Notes under the pieces: model-generated
Told to the model about the DNA's origin: nothing
Databases searched by the model: none
The model's input: only the letters and a program-made list of their open reading frames with translations
Source of the DNA: Coleofasciculus chthonoplastes F2-STO-03
GTDB taxonomy: Bacteria > Cyanobacteriota > Cyanobacteriia > Cyanobacteriales > Coleofasciculaceae
Length of the DNA stretch: 64,000 bases
NCBI GenBank assembly: GCA_040222015.1
Contig: JAVJWO010000216.1
Coordinates: 32,001-96,000 of the forward strand
Direction: 5' to 3'
Position numbers and translations under genes: made by a program
Part shown: positions 1-10,976 of the stretch, piece by piece
How positions within the stretch are numbered: position 1 is the stretch's first letter
Layout of the letters: each line of letters begins with the position of its first letter

Positions 1-291
1 CTAGTTTCTGACATCAAGAAAGAAATCAGTACCGCTTATAACGTTCTTGACCCCGATGCAGGTGTAGCCCTACGGGGATTGTTTATTATCGACAAAGATG
101 GTATTATTCAGCATTCGACCATCAACAACCTCTCTTTTGGTCGGAATGTAGATGAAGTGTTGCGGACTTTAAAAGCGATTCAATACGTTCAAGCGCATCC
201 AGACGAAGTTTGCCCTCAAGGTTGGCAACCCGGTGACAAAACCATGGTTCCTGATCCCGTTAAGTCCAAAGTTTATTTCTCCGCCGTTTAA
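1..291 (+). CDS. 2-Cys peroxiredoxin (AhpC/TSA), 3' part; gene starts before window
   Basis: Frame open from base 1 ([10 protein letters not shown]...[12 protein letters not shown]...GRNVDEVLR...DEVCP.GW), the resolving-Cys region of typical 2-Cys Prx. Confidence 0.95.
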   Translation, partial: LVSDIKKEISTAYNVLDPDAGVALRGLFIIDKDGIIQHSTINNLSFGRNVDEVLRTLKAIQYVQAHPDEVCPQGWQPGDKTMVPDPVKSKVYFSAV

Positions 292-435
292 GGTTTACTA
301 AAAGATACCCGGTAGGGGCGCACCGACGTGCGCCCTTTGCCGTTATAGCTGTTGTTGTAAAGGCTAGGACAGATTAAAAAACTATTTGCCATCTGCCTTT
401 TACTATAAAATAAGTTGTTGGATCAGATTCAGCCA

Positions 436-972
436 ATGCTAACATCAACTGACTTTAGGGGTTTATTCAACGAGCGTTTTCTGCGTAATTTTTTTCCCAT
501 CCCTGCTACCAATCCTTTGAAATTAGGACAACTGACTCCGGATTTTGAACTACCGGATATCACGAATAATCGTCAGGTGAGATTATCCAGTTACCGAGAA
601 CAGCAACCGGTTATAGTGGCATTTACCCGCATTTTTACCGAAAAGCAATATTGCCCCCTTTGCTATCCCCATATTCAGGCGATGAATGAGCAATACGAGC
701 AATTTACTCAGCAGGGGGTAGAGGTTTTAATGATAACGAGTACCGATCTTCAGCAAAGCAAAACTGTGGTCAAGGATTTAGGGTTAAAAATGCCCCTGTT
801 GAGTGATCCAAGTTGTCGCACCTTTCAAGCCTATCAAGTCGGTCAAGCACTGGGAGCGCCTTTACCTGCTCAGTTTTTGCTCGATAAGCAGGGTAAACTC
901 CGCTTTAAACATTTGTTTTCTTTCTTATCGCCAAATGCTGAGATGGAGAAGTTACTCTCAAACTTGGAGTAG
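436..972 (+). CDS. Peroxiredoxin-like AhpC/TSA family protein
   Basis: PDFELPD, CPLC motif, LLSDP; cyanobacterial MLTSTDF N-terminus, so ATG 436 preferred over TTG 415. Confidence 0.85.
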   Translation: MLTSTDFRGLFNERFLRNFFPIPATNPLKLGQLTPDFELPDITNNRQVRLSSYREQQPVIVAFTRIFTEKQYCPLCYPHIQAMNEQYEQFTQQGVEVLMITSTDLQQSKTVVKDLGLKMPLLSDPSCRTFQAYQVGQALGAPLPAQFLLDKQGKLRFKHLFSFLSPNAEMEKLLSNLE

Positions 973-1056
973 TTGGTCATTTGTCAGGGAACACCTCGGC
1001 TTCGCTCGGTGTGTCACAGGAAACAGGTAAGGTAGAGTTTTGAGTTAACTTACTCA

Positions 1057-1181
1057 TCTCCCCCATCTCCCCCTGCTTCCCCTGCTTCCCCTGCTTCCCC
1101 TGCTTCCCCTGCTTCCCCCGCTTCCTCTGCTTCCCCCGCTTCCCCCGCTTCCTCTGCTTCCCCCGCTTCCCCATCTCCCCT
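1057..1181. repeat. Short tandem repeat (STRR-like 9-mer CCCTGCTTC/CCCCGCTTC)
   Basis: Directly visible tandem 9-mers between convergent genes. Confidence 0.9.
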
Positions 1182-1182
1182 T

Positions 1183-4100
1183 CTATCCTTTCCCCAGATG
1201 TTGACGCACTGGAATTTGGAGTATAAACTCGGTTCCCTGTCCTAAATTACTGTGGCATAAAAGCTGACCCCTATGTTTTTCGACAACGATTTGATAGCTA
1301 ATCGATAATCCTAAACCCGTCCCCGTTCCCACCGGCTTAGTGGTAAAGAAGGGATGGAACAGTTGTTGCTGAACTTCCTCGCTCATTCCGGGACCATTGT
1401 CGATAATTCGGATGGCTACCTCTTGGTTCTCTAAGATTTCAGTCTGGACTAGAATTGTGCTAGGGTTTGCTTTAACATCATCCAATGACCGCTTTTTGTT
1501 CTGCTCATCAATGGCATCAATGGCATTGACAAATAAATTCATAAACACTTGATTTATCTGTCCAGCATAACATTCAAGCTTTGGCAGATCACCATACTCT
1601 TTAATCACCTGAATGCCCGGATTTTCGCCTCGTGCTTTGAGTCGGTTTCGCAAAATCATCAGGGTACTATTAATGCCCTCATGAATATCTACGGCTTTCA
1701 TTTCCGCTTCAGCGATACGAGAAAAATTCCGCAGGGAGTAGACAATTTCACAAATCCGCTCTGCTCCGACTTTCATGGAATCCAGCAGTTTAGGCAAGTC
1801 TTCTATCAAAAATTCCAGATCGATCGCGTCCATTTCGGACTGGATTTCGGGGGTGATCTGGGGATATTGCTGTTGATAGAGTTCGATTAACCCTAAAAGA
1901 TCAGTAGTATAGTCACTGGCATGGACTAAATTACCATAAATAAAGTTAACTGGATTATTGATTTCATGGGCAACTCCCGCGACTAACTGCCCTAAACTGG
2001 ACATTTTTTCACTTTGCACCAACTGCGCTTGGGTTTTCTGGAGTTTGGTAACAGTTTGCTCAAGCTGTTGGGCGTGGGTTAAGGCTTTGGCTTCCGCCTT
2101 GCGACTTTGCTTGTAAAGTTCCGCTTGTTGGAGTGCGATCGCTAATTGATCGGCGATGGTACAAATCAACTCGACTTCGGCGTCTTGCCAATTGTAGACT
2201 CGATTATCCATCATCAGCCCTAGGGCACCCCAAACTGATTTACCACAGTGCAGGGGAACCAACAACCACGCCCCCGGAAACTGTTGGGCAATTGCTGTAT
2301 TGGTTTCGTCTACAAAACACCGGCTATCATTAATCCGCACTACTTCTAAGCGTTTGATTCGTTCAGCCAGGGGATTATTAGCATCAGGAATTTCTACACC
2401 CAAGGCTTTGGGCAAACAGTCACCCCGACACGACTCGGCGACATTCACCCAGAGTTGGCGTTCGGGAAGATACTGGATAATTTGAGCGCGATCCACTTGC
2501 AAAAGGTTCTCAATTTCCTGAGTGGCGGTAGAAAAAATCGTGTCTAAGTCGAGGGAACAACGAATCGCATGAGTGAGGTGATTAATCGCTTGTTCTCGTT
2601 TGAGGTGATACTGAGCCTGATGGTACAGTTGACTTTGACCGATCGCGATCGCGACTTGGTCAGCAATGGCGACGATTAATTCCACCTCTGAGTCTTGCCA
2701 GGAATCGGGATGATTGGTTTTGCCTAAGGTTAAACTCCCTAATATCTGAGAATTAAAGTGTAAAGGAACCCATAACCAAGCTCCTGGAAAGTCTTGAGCT
2801 AAACCTTGGTTAAATGTACTCGTATCCTCGATGCGAATAATTTCTAATCGCTTGAGTCGTTCAGCCAAAGGATGATTTTGATCAGGAATTTCCTGTCCCA
2901 GCGTACTGCTATCCTCTAGAGAGCGGCGATAATCTGCCACCGATAACCAACACTGGCGTTCTGGCACATATTGGACAATTTCCGCCCGATCCACGGGTAA
3001 GAGTTCGCCAATCTCTTGGACGGCTGTCTCAAAAACCGTGGTTAAGTCCAATGAACGGCGGATGGCTTGAGTCACTTGATTGAGGACTCGCTCTCGCCAG
3101 AACAGAGATTTTGCCTGTTCGTAGAGTTGGCTTTGTTGAATGGCAATAGCAACCTGAGAGGCTAACCCGTCGAGTAAGTCAATCTCAAAGGATTGCCAGT
3201 TCCGGGGTTGGCTACAGTGATGGGCAATCAGTAGTCCCCATAAGCGGGTTGGGCTTGGGCTGGGTGTTTGGACATCGGCTTGGGACTGTGGGGTAGGTAG
3301 GGGTTTGTTACTGTGGACAATTGGCACAACCAGGTTAGCCCTTACCTGGAACTTGGCGAGTAAGTCAATATAACACTGGCTCAGATTAGCCCCATAGATA
3401 TCATCTAGGGTTCTGACTCGACCTTGTTGGTAGAGCGAGAGGTAGGTTTTCTCAAAACAGGGATCGTAGATGCGGTTGCCTAAAATCGAACACCAGCGCG
3501 GATCGACGGATTCAACCACCACCTCACCACTCCAGTCGGGATTAAAGCGCAAAATAATCACCCGATCCGTTTGCAGAACTTGTCGCACCTCCGCCACGGT
3601 GCGTTCGAGAATATCCTCTAAATTCAGCGATTGACGGATGCGTTGAGTAATCGCCCCGACTAACTGCTCTCGCTGAACTTGTTGTCGCAGGGTTCCTTCT
3701 GCTTGTTGGCGTTGGTGGATTTCAGTTTGGGCTTGCTGATAGAGTTCCGATTGTTGAATGGCAATAGCTGTATGGGTGGAAAGCGTTTGCAACAATTCGA
3801 TTTCCCCAGGTTGCCATTTTCGGGGGGTTTGGCACTGTTGAGCCACCAGCAATCCCCATAAGCGCTCCTCATGGACGATGGGGATAACCAGGTTGGCTCT
3901 CACCTGGAATTGAGCTAATAATTCAATATGACAGTCGGTTAACCCAGCGTTATAAATATCTGCGACGGATTGAACCCGCCCTTTTTGGTAAAGGTGGATA
4001 TAGTCTTCGGCAAAGTAGCGATCGTTGATCACGGTTCCGGAAATCGGCTTCCAGTTCACGTCAACGGATTCGACTTCCACGACACCACTCCCATCTCCAT

Positions 4101-5523
4101 AGAGGCGAAAGACTAGCACGCGATCGCACGCCAAAATCTGCCGCACTTCGGCTACAGTAGTATTCAGAATCTCGTCTAAGTCTAAGGAATAGTGAATCCG
4201 TTGCGCGATCGCCCCAATTAACCGCTCCCGCAGATATTGCTGTTGCACGGCTGTTTCGGTTTGCTTGCGATCGGTAATATCGATGCACGATCCGATATAC
4301 CCTAAAAACTGACCACTAGGAGTAAATCGAGGCGTTCCTGTATCTAAAATCCAGCGATATTCTTTATCTGCTCGTCGTAAGCGATATTCCATACAAAAAG
4401 CTTGACGAGCATTAAACGCCTGTTGATACGTCTCTAAACAAGATGATGAGTCGTCAGAATGCACCCCCTCAGCCCAACCATTACCCAGTTCTTGTTCCAG
4501 AGTGCGTCCAGTAAACCGCAACCAGCCCTGATTAAAAAACGTACATAACCCATCTGTACCGGACATCCATACCAGCACAGGGGCATTATCTGCCATCGTG
4601 CGGAATCGAGCTTCACTCTCTTGCAGAATGTCTTGGGTGTATTTGTTATTACTTAATTGTTCCGTTGTCTGATCGGCTAGGCTAGGTGCTAACCGCTCAG
4701 CCTCAGGTTGCCACTTGTCTGCAACGAACTGGCGATTCGTGCTATCCCGCAAATGATAAAGTATTGTTCCTCCCTGGATAGAAACTGGCTTAACATTAAC
4801 CAATACAGTACGAGGTTTGCCTGTCTTATCAGTAATTTCTACTTCAACATTACGAACATTTCCCGCGACAGCTAAAGCTTGCCAATTCCAGGGTAAGTTG
4901 CCCAGCAGGTGAGTAATATTACCCAAAGCGCGGACTTCCGACAAAGAATAACCAAAAATAGAGGTTATATTAGGACAAATATAGGTAAAATCACCGTTGT
5001 CATTGGTGATTAAAACAGCTTCATCATGATTGCGATCAGGAGTTGGGGGCGACGCTGGTGACTTAGCCTCTGTTATCTCTTCACAAACTAAGCTGATCAC
5101 CGAATTTGAGGCAGTTATCGGAATCAAACGAATTCTTGCCTTAAGCCAGACTATCCTGCCATCTTTAGCAATTAATCGAGTTTCCCAGCGATGAATTTCA
5201 GTCGGATGCTGGCTTAGATGAGTCAATAGGGCTTGATATCGGCATTGGCTTTCTCGATCAAAAAGCCGATGAATTGGCTTTTGGACTAACTCCCAAAAAT
5301 CATACCCCAAATAGGCTGCACCGAACTGACTTACATCCAAAATCACCCCATCAAAATTAAGGGTGAAATAAATGCAGGGAAGTGTCTCATACAATATCCG
5401 CATCCATTTTAGTTGATCCGGACTATTGCCTGTCCATGATAATTTTCCAGGCTGATGATTTTTTCTGGCAATGTTCATCCATTGGGACTTTTTTAAATCG
5501 AATCTTTTCATAAGTTGACTCAT
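1183..5523 (-). CDS. PAS/PAC + four GAF sensor histidine kinase with two cyanobacteriochrome-type GAFs
   Basis: PAS (FRTMADNAPVLVW, EYRLRRADKEYRW); GAFs with DRYF..DCHIELL and DPCF..QCYIDLL; HisKA (GVAHEINNPVNF); HATPase (DNGPG, FFTTKPVGTGTGLGL). Confidence 0.93.
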   Translation of the reverse strand: MSQLMKRFDLKKSQWMNIARKNHQPGKLSWTGNSPDQLKWMRILYETLPCIYFTLNFDGVILDVSQFGAAYLGYDFWELVQKPIHRLFDRESQCRYQALLTHLSQHPTEIHRWETRLIAKDGRIVWLKARIRLIPITASNSVISLVCEEITEAKSPASPPTPDRNHDEAVLITNDNGDFTYICPNITSIFGYSLSEVRALGNITHLLGNLPWNWQALAVAGNVRNVEVEITDKTGKPRTVLVNVKPVSIQGGTILYHLRDSTNRQFVADKWQPEAERLAPSLADQTTEQLSNNKYTQDILQESEARFRTMADNAPVLVWMSGTDGLCTFFNQGWLRFTGRTLEQELGNGWAEGVHSDDSSSCLETYQQAFNARQAFCMEYRLRRADKEYRWILDTGTPRFTPSGQFLGYIGSCIDITDRKQTETAVQQQYLRERLIGAIAQRIHYSLDLDEILNTTVAEVRQILACDRVLVFRLYGDGSGVVEVESVDVNWKPISGTVINDRYFAEDYIHLYQKGRVQSVADIYNAGLTDCHIELLAQFQVRANLVIPIVHEERLWGLLVAQQCQTPRKWQPGEIELLQTLSTHTAIAIQQSELYQQAQTEIHQRQQAEGTLRQQVQREQLVGAITQRIRQSLNLEDILERTVAEVRQVLQTDRVIILRFNPDWSGEVVVESVDPRWCSILGNRIYDPCFEKTYLSLYQQGRVRTLDDIYGANLSQCYIDLLAKFQVRANLVVPIVHSNKPLPTPQSQADVQTPSPSPTRLWGLLIAHHCSQPRNWQSFEIDLLDGLASQVAIAIQQSQLYEQAKSLFWRERVLNQVTQAIRRSLDLTTVFETAVQEIGELLPVDRAEIVQYVPERQCWLSVADYRRSLEDSSTLGQEIPDQNHPLAERLKRLEIIRIEDTSTFNQGLAQDFPGAWLWVPLHFNSQILGSLTLGKTNHPDSWQDSEVELIVAIADQVAIAIGQSQLYHQAQYHLKREQAINHLTHAIRCSLDLDTIFSTATQEIENLLQVDRAQIIQYLPERQLWVNVAESCRGDCLPKALGVEIPDANNPLAERIKRLEVVRINDSRCFVDETNTAIAQQFPGAWLLVPLHCGKSVWGALGLMMDNRVYNWQDAEVELICTIADQLAIALQQAELYKQSRKAEAKALTHAQQLEQTVTKLQKTQAQLVQSEKMSSLGQLVAGVAHEINNPVNFIYGNLVHASDYTTDLLGLIELYQQQYPQITPEIQSEMDAIDLEFLIEDLPKLLDSMKVGAERICEIVYSLRNFSRIAEAEMKAVDIHEGINSTLMILRNRLKARGENPGIQVIKEYGDLPKLECYAGQINQVFMNLFVNAIDAIDEQNKKRSLDDVKANPSTILVQTEILENQEVAIRIIDNGPGMSEEVQQQLFHPFFTTKPVGTGTGLGLSISYQIVVEKHRGQLLCHSNLGQGTEFILQIPVRQHLGKG

Positions 5524-6262
5524 GCCAATTCGATGATCATTAATTGAGGCATTTTATCGCTCATAACCCTCAAATTATTATTTATTTTTTCACCTTTGGA
5601 GGCATGACTGTAAGTAAAAAATATTTAACTTTGACGGGAGATTCAGACAAGAGTTAGCCTCTTTCACCCATGTCAAATTCCAGACTAGCTCCGAAACCCT
5701 TTTTCCCTGTCTTCAGAGAAGCTAAAGCGCAGCGATTGTTCTTACCTAGTTATCGCTCGCCATTCTATCTCTACTTTTTCTTTTTCCCAGACGCACTGAA
5801 CTTGGTGATTATATCATGTCACACTTTGCCAATAAAAAACACGGCTTGTTTCCGTCTCTCCAGATTCCTGCGTCCGTTTCTCATTCACAGGTTCAATTAG
5901 ACATGATATGACAATGCATACAGTTTTTGGGCTATCTAATCATAAGCTAATACAAATTCCCATTACTGTGACGGAATCCATGAATAAGTTTAAAAAACGT
6001 TATAAATCCGTTACTTATTTTGATTTACTCTAGGGTTAAGTTTATTTGTCTTTACCAAGCCCCAAAGGGATGCACCCTAAATTGGTGTAGCCTAAAACAT
6101 TTTATTATATCATATCTGTCTAAACAGTTACCCTTGTCTGGTAAAAATCCGGAGATGGGGGAGATATTCACATTAGCGAAGCGGGGCGAAGTCCAGGAAG
6201 AAAACTCACGCGCCATGCCCGACAAGCGAAGCGAGGGGTCAAAACACTCCCCCCACACGGAT

Positions 6263-7312
6263 CTAAAGACGTACCTGAGACAAATAGCTGCGGGGATCGA
6301 AATGACGACTTTCCCGGATTTTTTCATAGTACTCCCGCTCAACTGACGTGATATCTTTTGGTGTAGCGATGACAATCCGCACCAGTTGATCACCGCGTCC
6401 ACCTTTCGGTTGAGTCCAGCCTTTACCGCGCAACCGTAATGATTGACCTGAGCGAATCCCGGCTGGCACATTAACACTCACTTTACCATCAGGAGTCGGC
6501 ACCTCAATCGTGGCACCCAAGACTGCCTCATCGGGCATCACTGGCACTTCACACAAGAGGTTATCACCCTCGAACTGGAAGAAGGGATGAGGTTTCACGT
6601 CTACAATTAAGTACAAATCACCCCGTTGCTGGTTGTATTGGCTCACTTGACCCTTACCTCGAACCCGAATCCGACTCCCTGGTTTAGCACCGGGCGGAAT
6701 CCGCACTTCGATGACTTCACTGCCCAAATTAATCCGTTTTTGCGTACCCCGGAAGGCGTCAGACCAGCTCAATGTAATTGTAGCTTCCCGATCAGCTCCT
6801 GCTCCTGCTGCTTTGCCACTTTCATAACCAGCGAAATCATTAAAGTAACCATTGCCACTGGTAAAGTCATTAAAGCCAGAACCGGTTGCGCCGCCCGGAG
6901 TAGAGCGATAGGTGTAGGTTCGACGATTTCCCGTCCCTCCTGGCGTCCCTGTAGCGGCTGTATTAAAGCGCCCTAGAAGTTCGTTAATAAACTCGTCGAA
7001 ACTACCGTATTGACCAAAATCAAAATTACCGAAATCACCATTAGCACCCCCGGCTCCAGGATATCCACCAACTCCGGCTTGCTTCCAGTACTGACCAAAC
7101 TGATCGTATTTCTTGCGTTTTTCGGGGTCAGACAAGACTTCGTAGGCTTCGTTAACTTCTTTAAATCGAGCCTCGGCTTGTTTGTCACCCGGGTTCATGT
7201 CTGGGTGGTATTTCCGCGCCAGACGTCGAAAACTCTTTTTAATTTCATCGGCACTAGCCGTCTTGCTCACTCCTAGGACGGCATAGTAGTCTTTAAAGTC
7301 AGTTGCAGCCAT
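6263..7312 (-). CDS. DnaJ-class co-chaperone (J-domain + DnaJ C-terminal, no Zn finger; CbpA-like)
   Basis: [15 protein letters not shown]-domain, G/F-rich region, [13 protein letters not shown]. Confidence 0.95.
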   Translation of the reverse strand: MAATDFKDYYAVLGVSKTASADEIKKSFRRLARKYHPDMNPGDKQAEARFKEVNEAYEVLSDPEKRKKYDQFGQYWKQAGVGGYPGAGGANGDFGNFDFGQYGSFDEFINELLGRFNTAATGTPGGTGNRRTYTYRSTPGGATGSGFNDFTSGNGYFNDFAGYESGKAAGAGADREATITLSWSDAFRGTQKRINLGSEVIEVRIPPGAKPGSRIRVRGKGQVSQYNQQRGDLYLIVDVKPHPFFQFEGDNLLCEVPVMPDEAVLGATIEVPTPDGKVSVNVPAGIRSGQSLRLRGKGWTQPKGGRGDQLVRIVIATPKDITSVEREYYEKIRESRHFDPRSYLSQVRL

Positions 7313-7771
7313 GAAGGGTTTCTCCTCTACTCCAAGGATTTAATCGATAAACTGGGCTAATAGGTCTCTACCGATATAATTTTGCTAACATTTGCTAACA
7401 ATGCACTCTAAAAGACAAGCTCTTAGAGAGGGGATATCTCCCTTTTGACCAGGTTTCTCTGCTCAGGGTTTAGGTAGATTCGGATCTTCTTTGATTTTCT
7501 TACCGTACTTTCTCCAGTCCTGCATTCGGCTAGAGTTGACATGGACATCTGTTATCAACCTTAAAGCTAGAGTAACAAACCCTAACTCAGTGTGGATAGC
7601 TAATAATCGTTAGCTTAGCTTAGCTTCTGGTGACTAACCAGTGTGGATTTCCCGGTATCCTGTTCCGGAAGACAAGAGAGATGAGGGAGGACACAGATCG
7701 AGATCTGAGTAAACTCAACACTCCACACTCAACACTTTCTTTTCCTCATCTCCCTAGTCATCAATCAAGAC

Positions 7772-9061
7772 CTAAATGACTGTTCCATCGGGAATTACGG
7801 CATTTTTGAGGACAACGACAATGCCACTGCGGATCAAAAAGCCTTGTTTTTCACGTTCAGCTTCCTCGACGTGATCTTTGTTCACAACTTGCACATCGCG
7901 ACCAATGCGAGCATTTTTGTCAATGATGGCACGGCGAATTGTGGTTCCTGCACCAATCCCTAAGGGTACACGTCCGGTTTCTACATCGGATTGACGTTCG
8001 GCAAAGGGTTCATAGAAGTCACATCCCATAATCAGAGTGTCTTCAATCACACAACCGGCTTCAATGCGAGAGCGAACTCCCAATACCGAGTGATGGATAC
8101 GACAATCTTTAAGAATACAACCTTCTCCAATAATCGATTGCGTCACATGACTATCCAAAAGTTTAGTCGGAGGCAAATAACGGGCGCGAGTATAAATTGG
8201 TGCCTCTTTGTCGTAGAAACTAAAGGGTGGTTGGGGTTGGCGAGTTAACGCTAAATTGGCATCATAGAACGCTTCAATGGTACCAATGTCTTCCCAGTAG
8301 TCGTTGAACAAGTAGGCTTGAACGTTATGATCTCCTGATGCCCCTGGGATTATTTCTTTACCGAAATCGGTTTGTTCGGGGTTGGCTTGCAACAACTTAA
8401 TCAACGCCTCTTTACTAAAGACGTAAATTCCCATCGAGGCAATATAGGGTTTTTCCTTTGCCTCATCGGGTTTCAACCCTAAAACCGTAGTATCCACCTG
8501 CATTTGCTTCAGCGCATCCCCTTTGGGCTTTTCACTGAAATCAATTACCCTGCCGGTGTGATCAATTTTCATCAAACCAAAACTGGTTGCCAGTTTTTCA
8601 CCGATAGGCACCACAGAAAGGGTGATATCAGCTTTCGTTTCACGGTGGTGTTCCACGAAATGGCGATAGTCCATCCGATAGAGATGGTCACCGGACAGAA
8701 TGATATATTCATCAACATCCCACTCCTCTAGGAGCCACAAATATTGACGAACCGCGTCTGCTGTGCCCTGAAACCAGCTAGGATTTTCAGCCGTTTGCTG
8801 GGCAGCTAGAACTTCAACAAATCCGTCGGTAAAGCCAGCAAAGTTATAGGCACGGGCAATGTGCCGATTCAAGGACGCTGAGTTAAATTGGGTAAGAACG
8901 TAAATTTGATAGATTTCGGAGTTGATGCAGTTACTGACCGGAATGTCAATCAGGCGGTACTTACCCGCCAAGGGAACAGCCGGTTTAGCCCGCAACTTGG
9001 TTAATGGATAAAGGCGGGTGCCCGCGCCACCTCCGAGAATGATACCTAATACTCTTTTCAC
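7772..9061 (-). CDS. glgC: Glucose-1-phosphate adenylyltransferase
   Basis: [39 protein letters not shown] start at 9061 gives a 429-aa protein. Confidence 0.98.
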   Translation of the reverse strand: MKRVLGIILGGGAGTRLYPLTKLRAKPAVPLAGKYRLIDIPVSNCINSEIYQIYVLTQFNSASLNRHIARAYNFAGFTDGFVEVLAAQQTAENPSWFQGTADAVRQYLWLLEEWDVDEYIILSGDHLYRMDYRHFVEHHRETKADITLSVVPIGEKLATSFGLMKIDHTGRVIDFSEKPKGDALKQMQVDTTVLGLKPDEAKEKPYIASMGIYVFSKEALIKLLQANPEQTDFGKEIIPGASGDHNVQAYLFNDYWEDIGTIEAFYDANLALTRQPQPPFSFYDKEAPIYTRARYLPPTKLLDSHVTQSIIGEGCILKDCRIHHSVLGVRSRIEAGCVIEDTLIMGCDFYEPFAERQSDVETGRVPLGIGAGTTIRRAIIDKNARIGRDVQVVNKDHVEEAEREKQGFLIRSGIVVVLKNAVIPDGTVI

Positions 9062-9335
9062 GAAACACCTCTGGAATGCCGATAGACTCTCAAGTCTTAG
9101 TGTCCGCTTGTGTGGAACTCTTTTCAAGAGGGTAAGGGAGAAAGTTGACTCTCTCTAAAGAAAGAAAAACTCAAAAAAAGGCGGGAATAGAGGCACGAAG
9201 AGAGACTTCTACCCCAACTAGAGTAATGATTTGAGCCGGGTGTCCCCCTCAACACTGGGGTTGAACTTGTGAGTTCTACGCCGTTATTATAAATTTCCAT
9301 TACATTAGGATAAAGAATGGCAAAGGAAGTGAGAG

Positions 9336-10025
9336 ATGTCAGCACAACTGTTACTGGTTGATGATGAACCGGGGGTTCGAGTAGCGGTCAAAGAGTATTT
9401 AGAAGAGGTGGGTGGTTTTACCGTTGATGTTGCCAGTAATGCCAATGATGCATGGCAAATGTTGCAACAAAAAACACCTAATCTTGTGATTACCGATGTT
9501 ATGATGCCTCAAGTAGATGGGTATCAGTTTCTTCAGAAACTGCGAGAAGACCCTCGTTTCAAATTACTGCCGGTGGTCTTTCTCACAGCTAGAGGCATGA
9601 CCACAGACCGGATTCAAGGCTATCAGGCAGGTTGTGATGCTTACCTATCTAAACCATTTGATACAGATGAATTAGTTGCCATTGTCGAGAATTTGCTGGA
9701 ACGTCGTGCTGCTACTGCTAAGGAAACGGCGGGTACGGCGGATTTAGGGAATATCGAAAAAGAGCTAACTGCGATTCGAGAAATGTTGGCTCAAAGGGGT
9801 AATATTTCCCAAACTCCCCCACCCATCCGCATTGACTTTACCCCGCGAGAGCAAAGTGTTCTGGATTTGGTTGCCCAAGGGCTGATGAATAAAGAAATTG
9901 CCCGCCGCCTGGAAACCAGTGTCCGCAATGTGGAGAAATATGTCAGTCGCTTGTTTAGCAAAACTGGAACCAATAGCCGCACCGAATTAGTCCGTTATGC
10001 TCTTGAACATGGCTTGACCCAGTAA
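9336..10025 (+). CDS. NarL/LuxR-family response regulator (Ycf29-like)
   Basis: REC domain (LLVDDE, DVMMP, SKPF) + LuxR HTH (FTPREQSVLDLVAQGLMNKEIA). Confidence 0.92.
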   Translation: MSAQLLLVDDEPGVRVAVKEYLEEVGGFTVDVASNANDAWQMLQQKTPNLVITDVMMPQVDGYQFLQKLREDPRFKLLPVVFLTARGMTTDRIQGYQAGCDAYLSKPFDTDELVAIVENLLERRAATAKETAGTADLGNIEKELTAIREMLAQRGNISQTPPPIRIDFTPREQSVLDLVAQGLMNKEIARRLETSVRNVEKYVSRLFSKTGTNSRTELVRYALEHGLTQ

Positions 10026-10152
10026 AACCTGTTCCCTAAGAGGACTTGACGGCAAATGTTTCTGACCACCTCTGCGCCAGCAGGGGGAGCATAAGTGGTT
10101 TTAGCAGTAAGGCGTGGAACTATGGTGAGCAGAGCAGTCTACCGGACAAAAC

Positions 10153-10662
10153 CTAACCAAACCCCAAGGACAACAGCTCTCCACTGGGGCTAAATGCCTG
10201 ACCAATCACCTTGACCTGAGATAACGTCTCAATCCACACTTTCGCCCCACAACGCTTTGGGTGATCAGGACGATACACCACCCGACAAGACCCTGTAATT
10301 TCCACACCATGAGCGTAAATATTACTCGACCCGCGCTTTACTGTAATCACCGGAGCGCGATCGCCATTCTTGTGATTTTGGCGAATCTGTCTTTGATTGA
10401 CATGGATAATCGTCATGCCACGAGGACTATCTTCCCCTCGCTCCCTATCTTCGTCCTCATCCTCGCTCATCACCTTCTTTTCCCAGCGAGCTCGCGGACC
10501 ACGCTTACCCGAACTCACGATCGGCTTGCCGTCAAATAGAGGAATTATCCAAACTCCACTCACTTTGCCAGCCCCTTTTATCCGACCACGTTCTAATAAC
10601 CACCGCACCCGCTGACCCGATACACCCAGGATCTGTGCTGCTTCTTTTGTTCCTACCAACAT
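10153..10662 (-). CDS. Putative DNA-binding protein: excisionase-like HTH plus uncharacterised C-terminal domain
   Basis: TKEAAQILGVSGQRVRWLLERGRI..A.KVSGVWIIP HTH; C-terminal IHVNQ...CGAKVWIET domain. Confidence 0.7.
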   Translation of the reverse strand: MLVGTKEAAQILGVSGQRVRWLLERGRIKGAGKVSGVWIIPLFDGKPIVSSGKRGPRARWEKKVMSEDEDEDRERGEDSPRGMTIIHVNQRQIRQNHKNGDRAPVITVKRGSSNIYAHGVEITGSCRVVYRPDHPKRCGAKVWIETLSQVKVIGQAFSPSGELLSLGFG

Positions 10663-10976
10663 GTGTAAAAAACTATTGCGAATCGATAATAAAGAGATAT
10701 TTAACCATAAACCGCACCAAAAAGCAAAATAGTAGTGCTAATCTAGGTGAATGTCACGGACTTAGAAGTCTGTAGTAAGCGATGCCATTAAGGTTAGGAC
10801 ATACTGAACGGCTGAAATGGCGAACTATTAATAGTAAACCTTCTGCCCTAGAGCATCCTGCCTTGGAGCCTTCTGCTATAAGCGATGTCAGTGTTTATGG
10901 CGAAGACAGCGCAACGACAAACCTAGCTTAAGTCTGTGACATTCCTTTTACAATTTCTCTACGTCCCTAGAAACAG

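Noticed and set aside
977..1174. 65-aa ORF of GKQ/GKR repeats
   Set aside because: Translation of the 9-mer STRR tract; no sign of a real gene
10700..10970. Possible riboswitch upstream of the M15A peptidase
   Set aside because: No recognisable c-di-AMP, c-di-GMP or other aptamer consensus by eye; needs an Rfam scan
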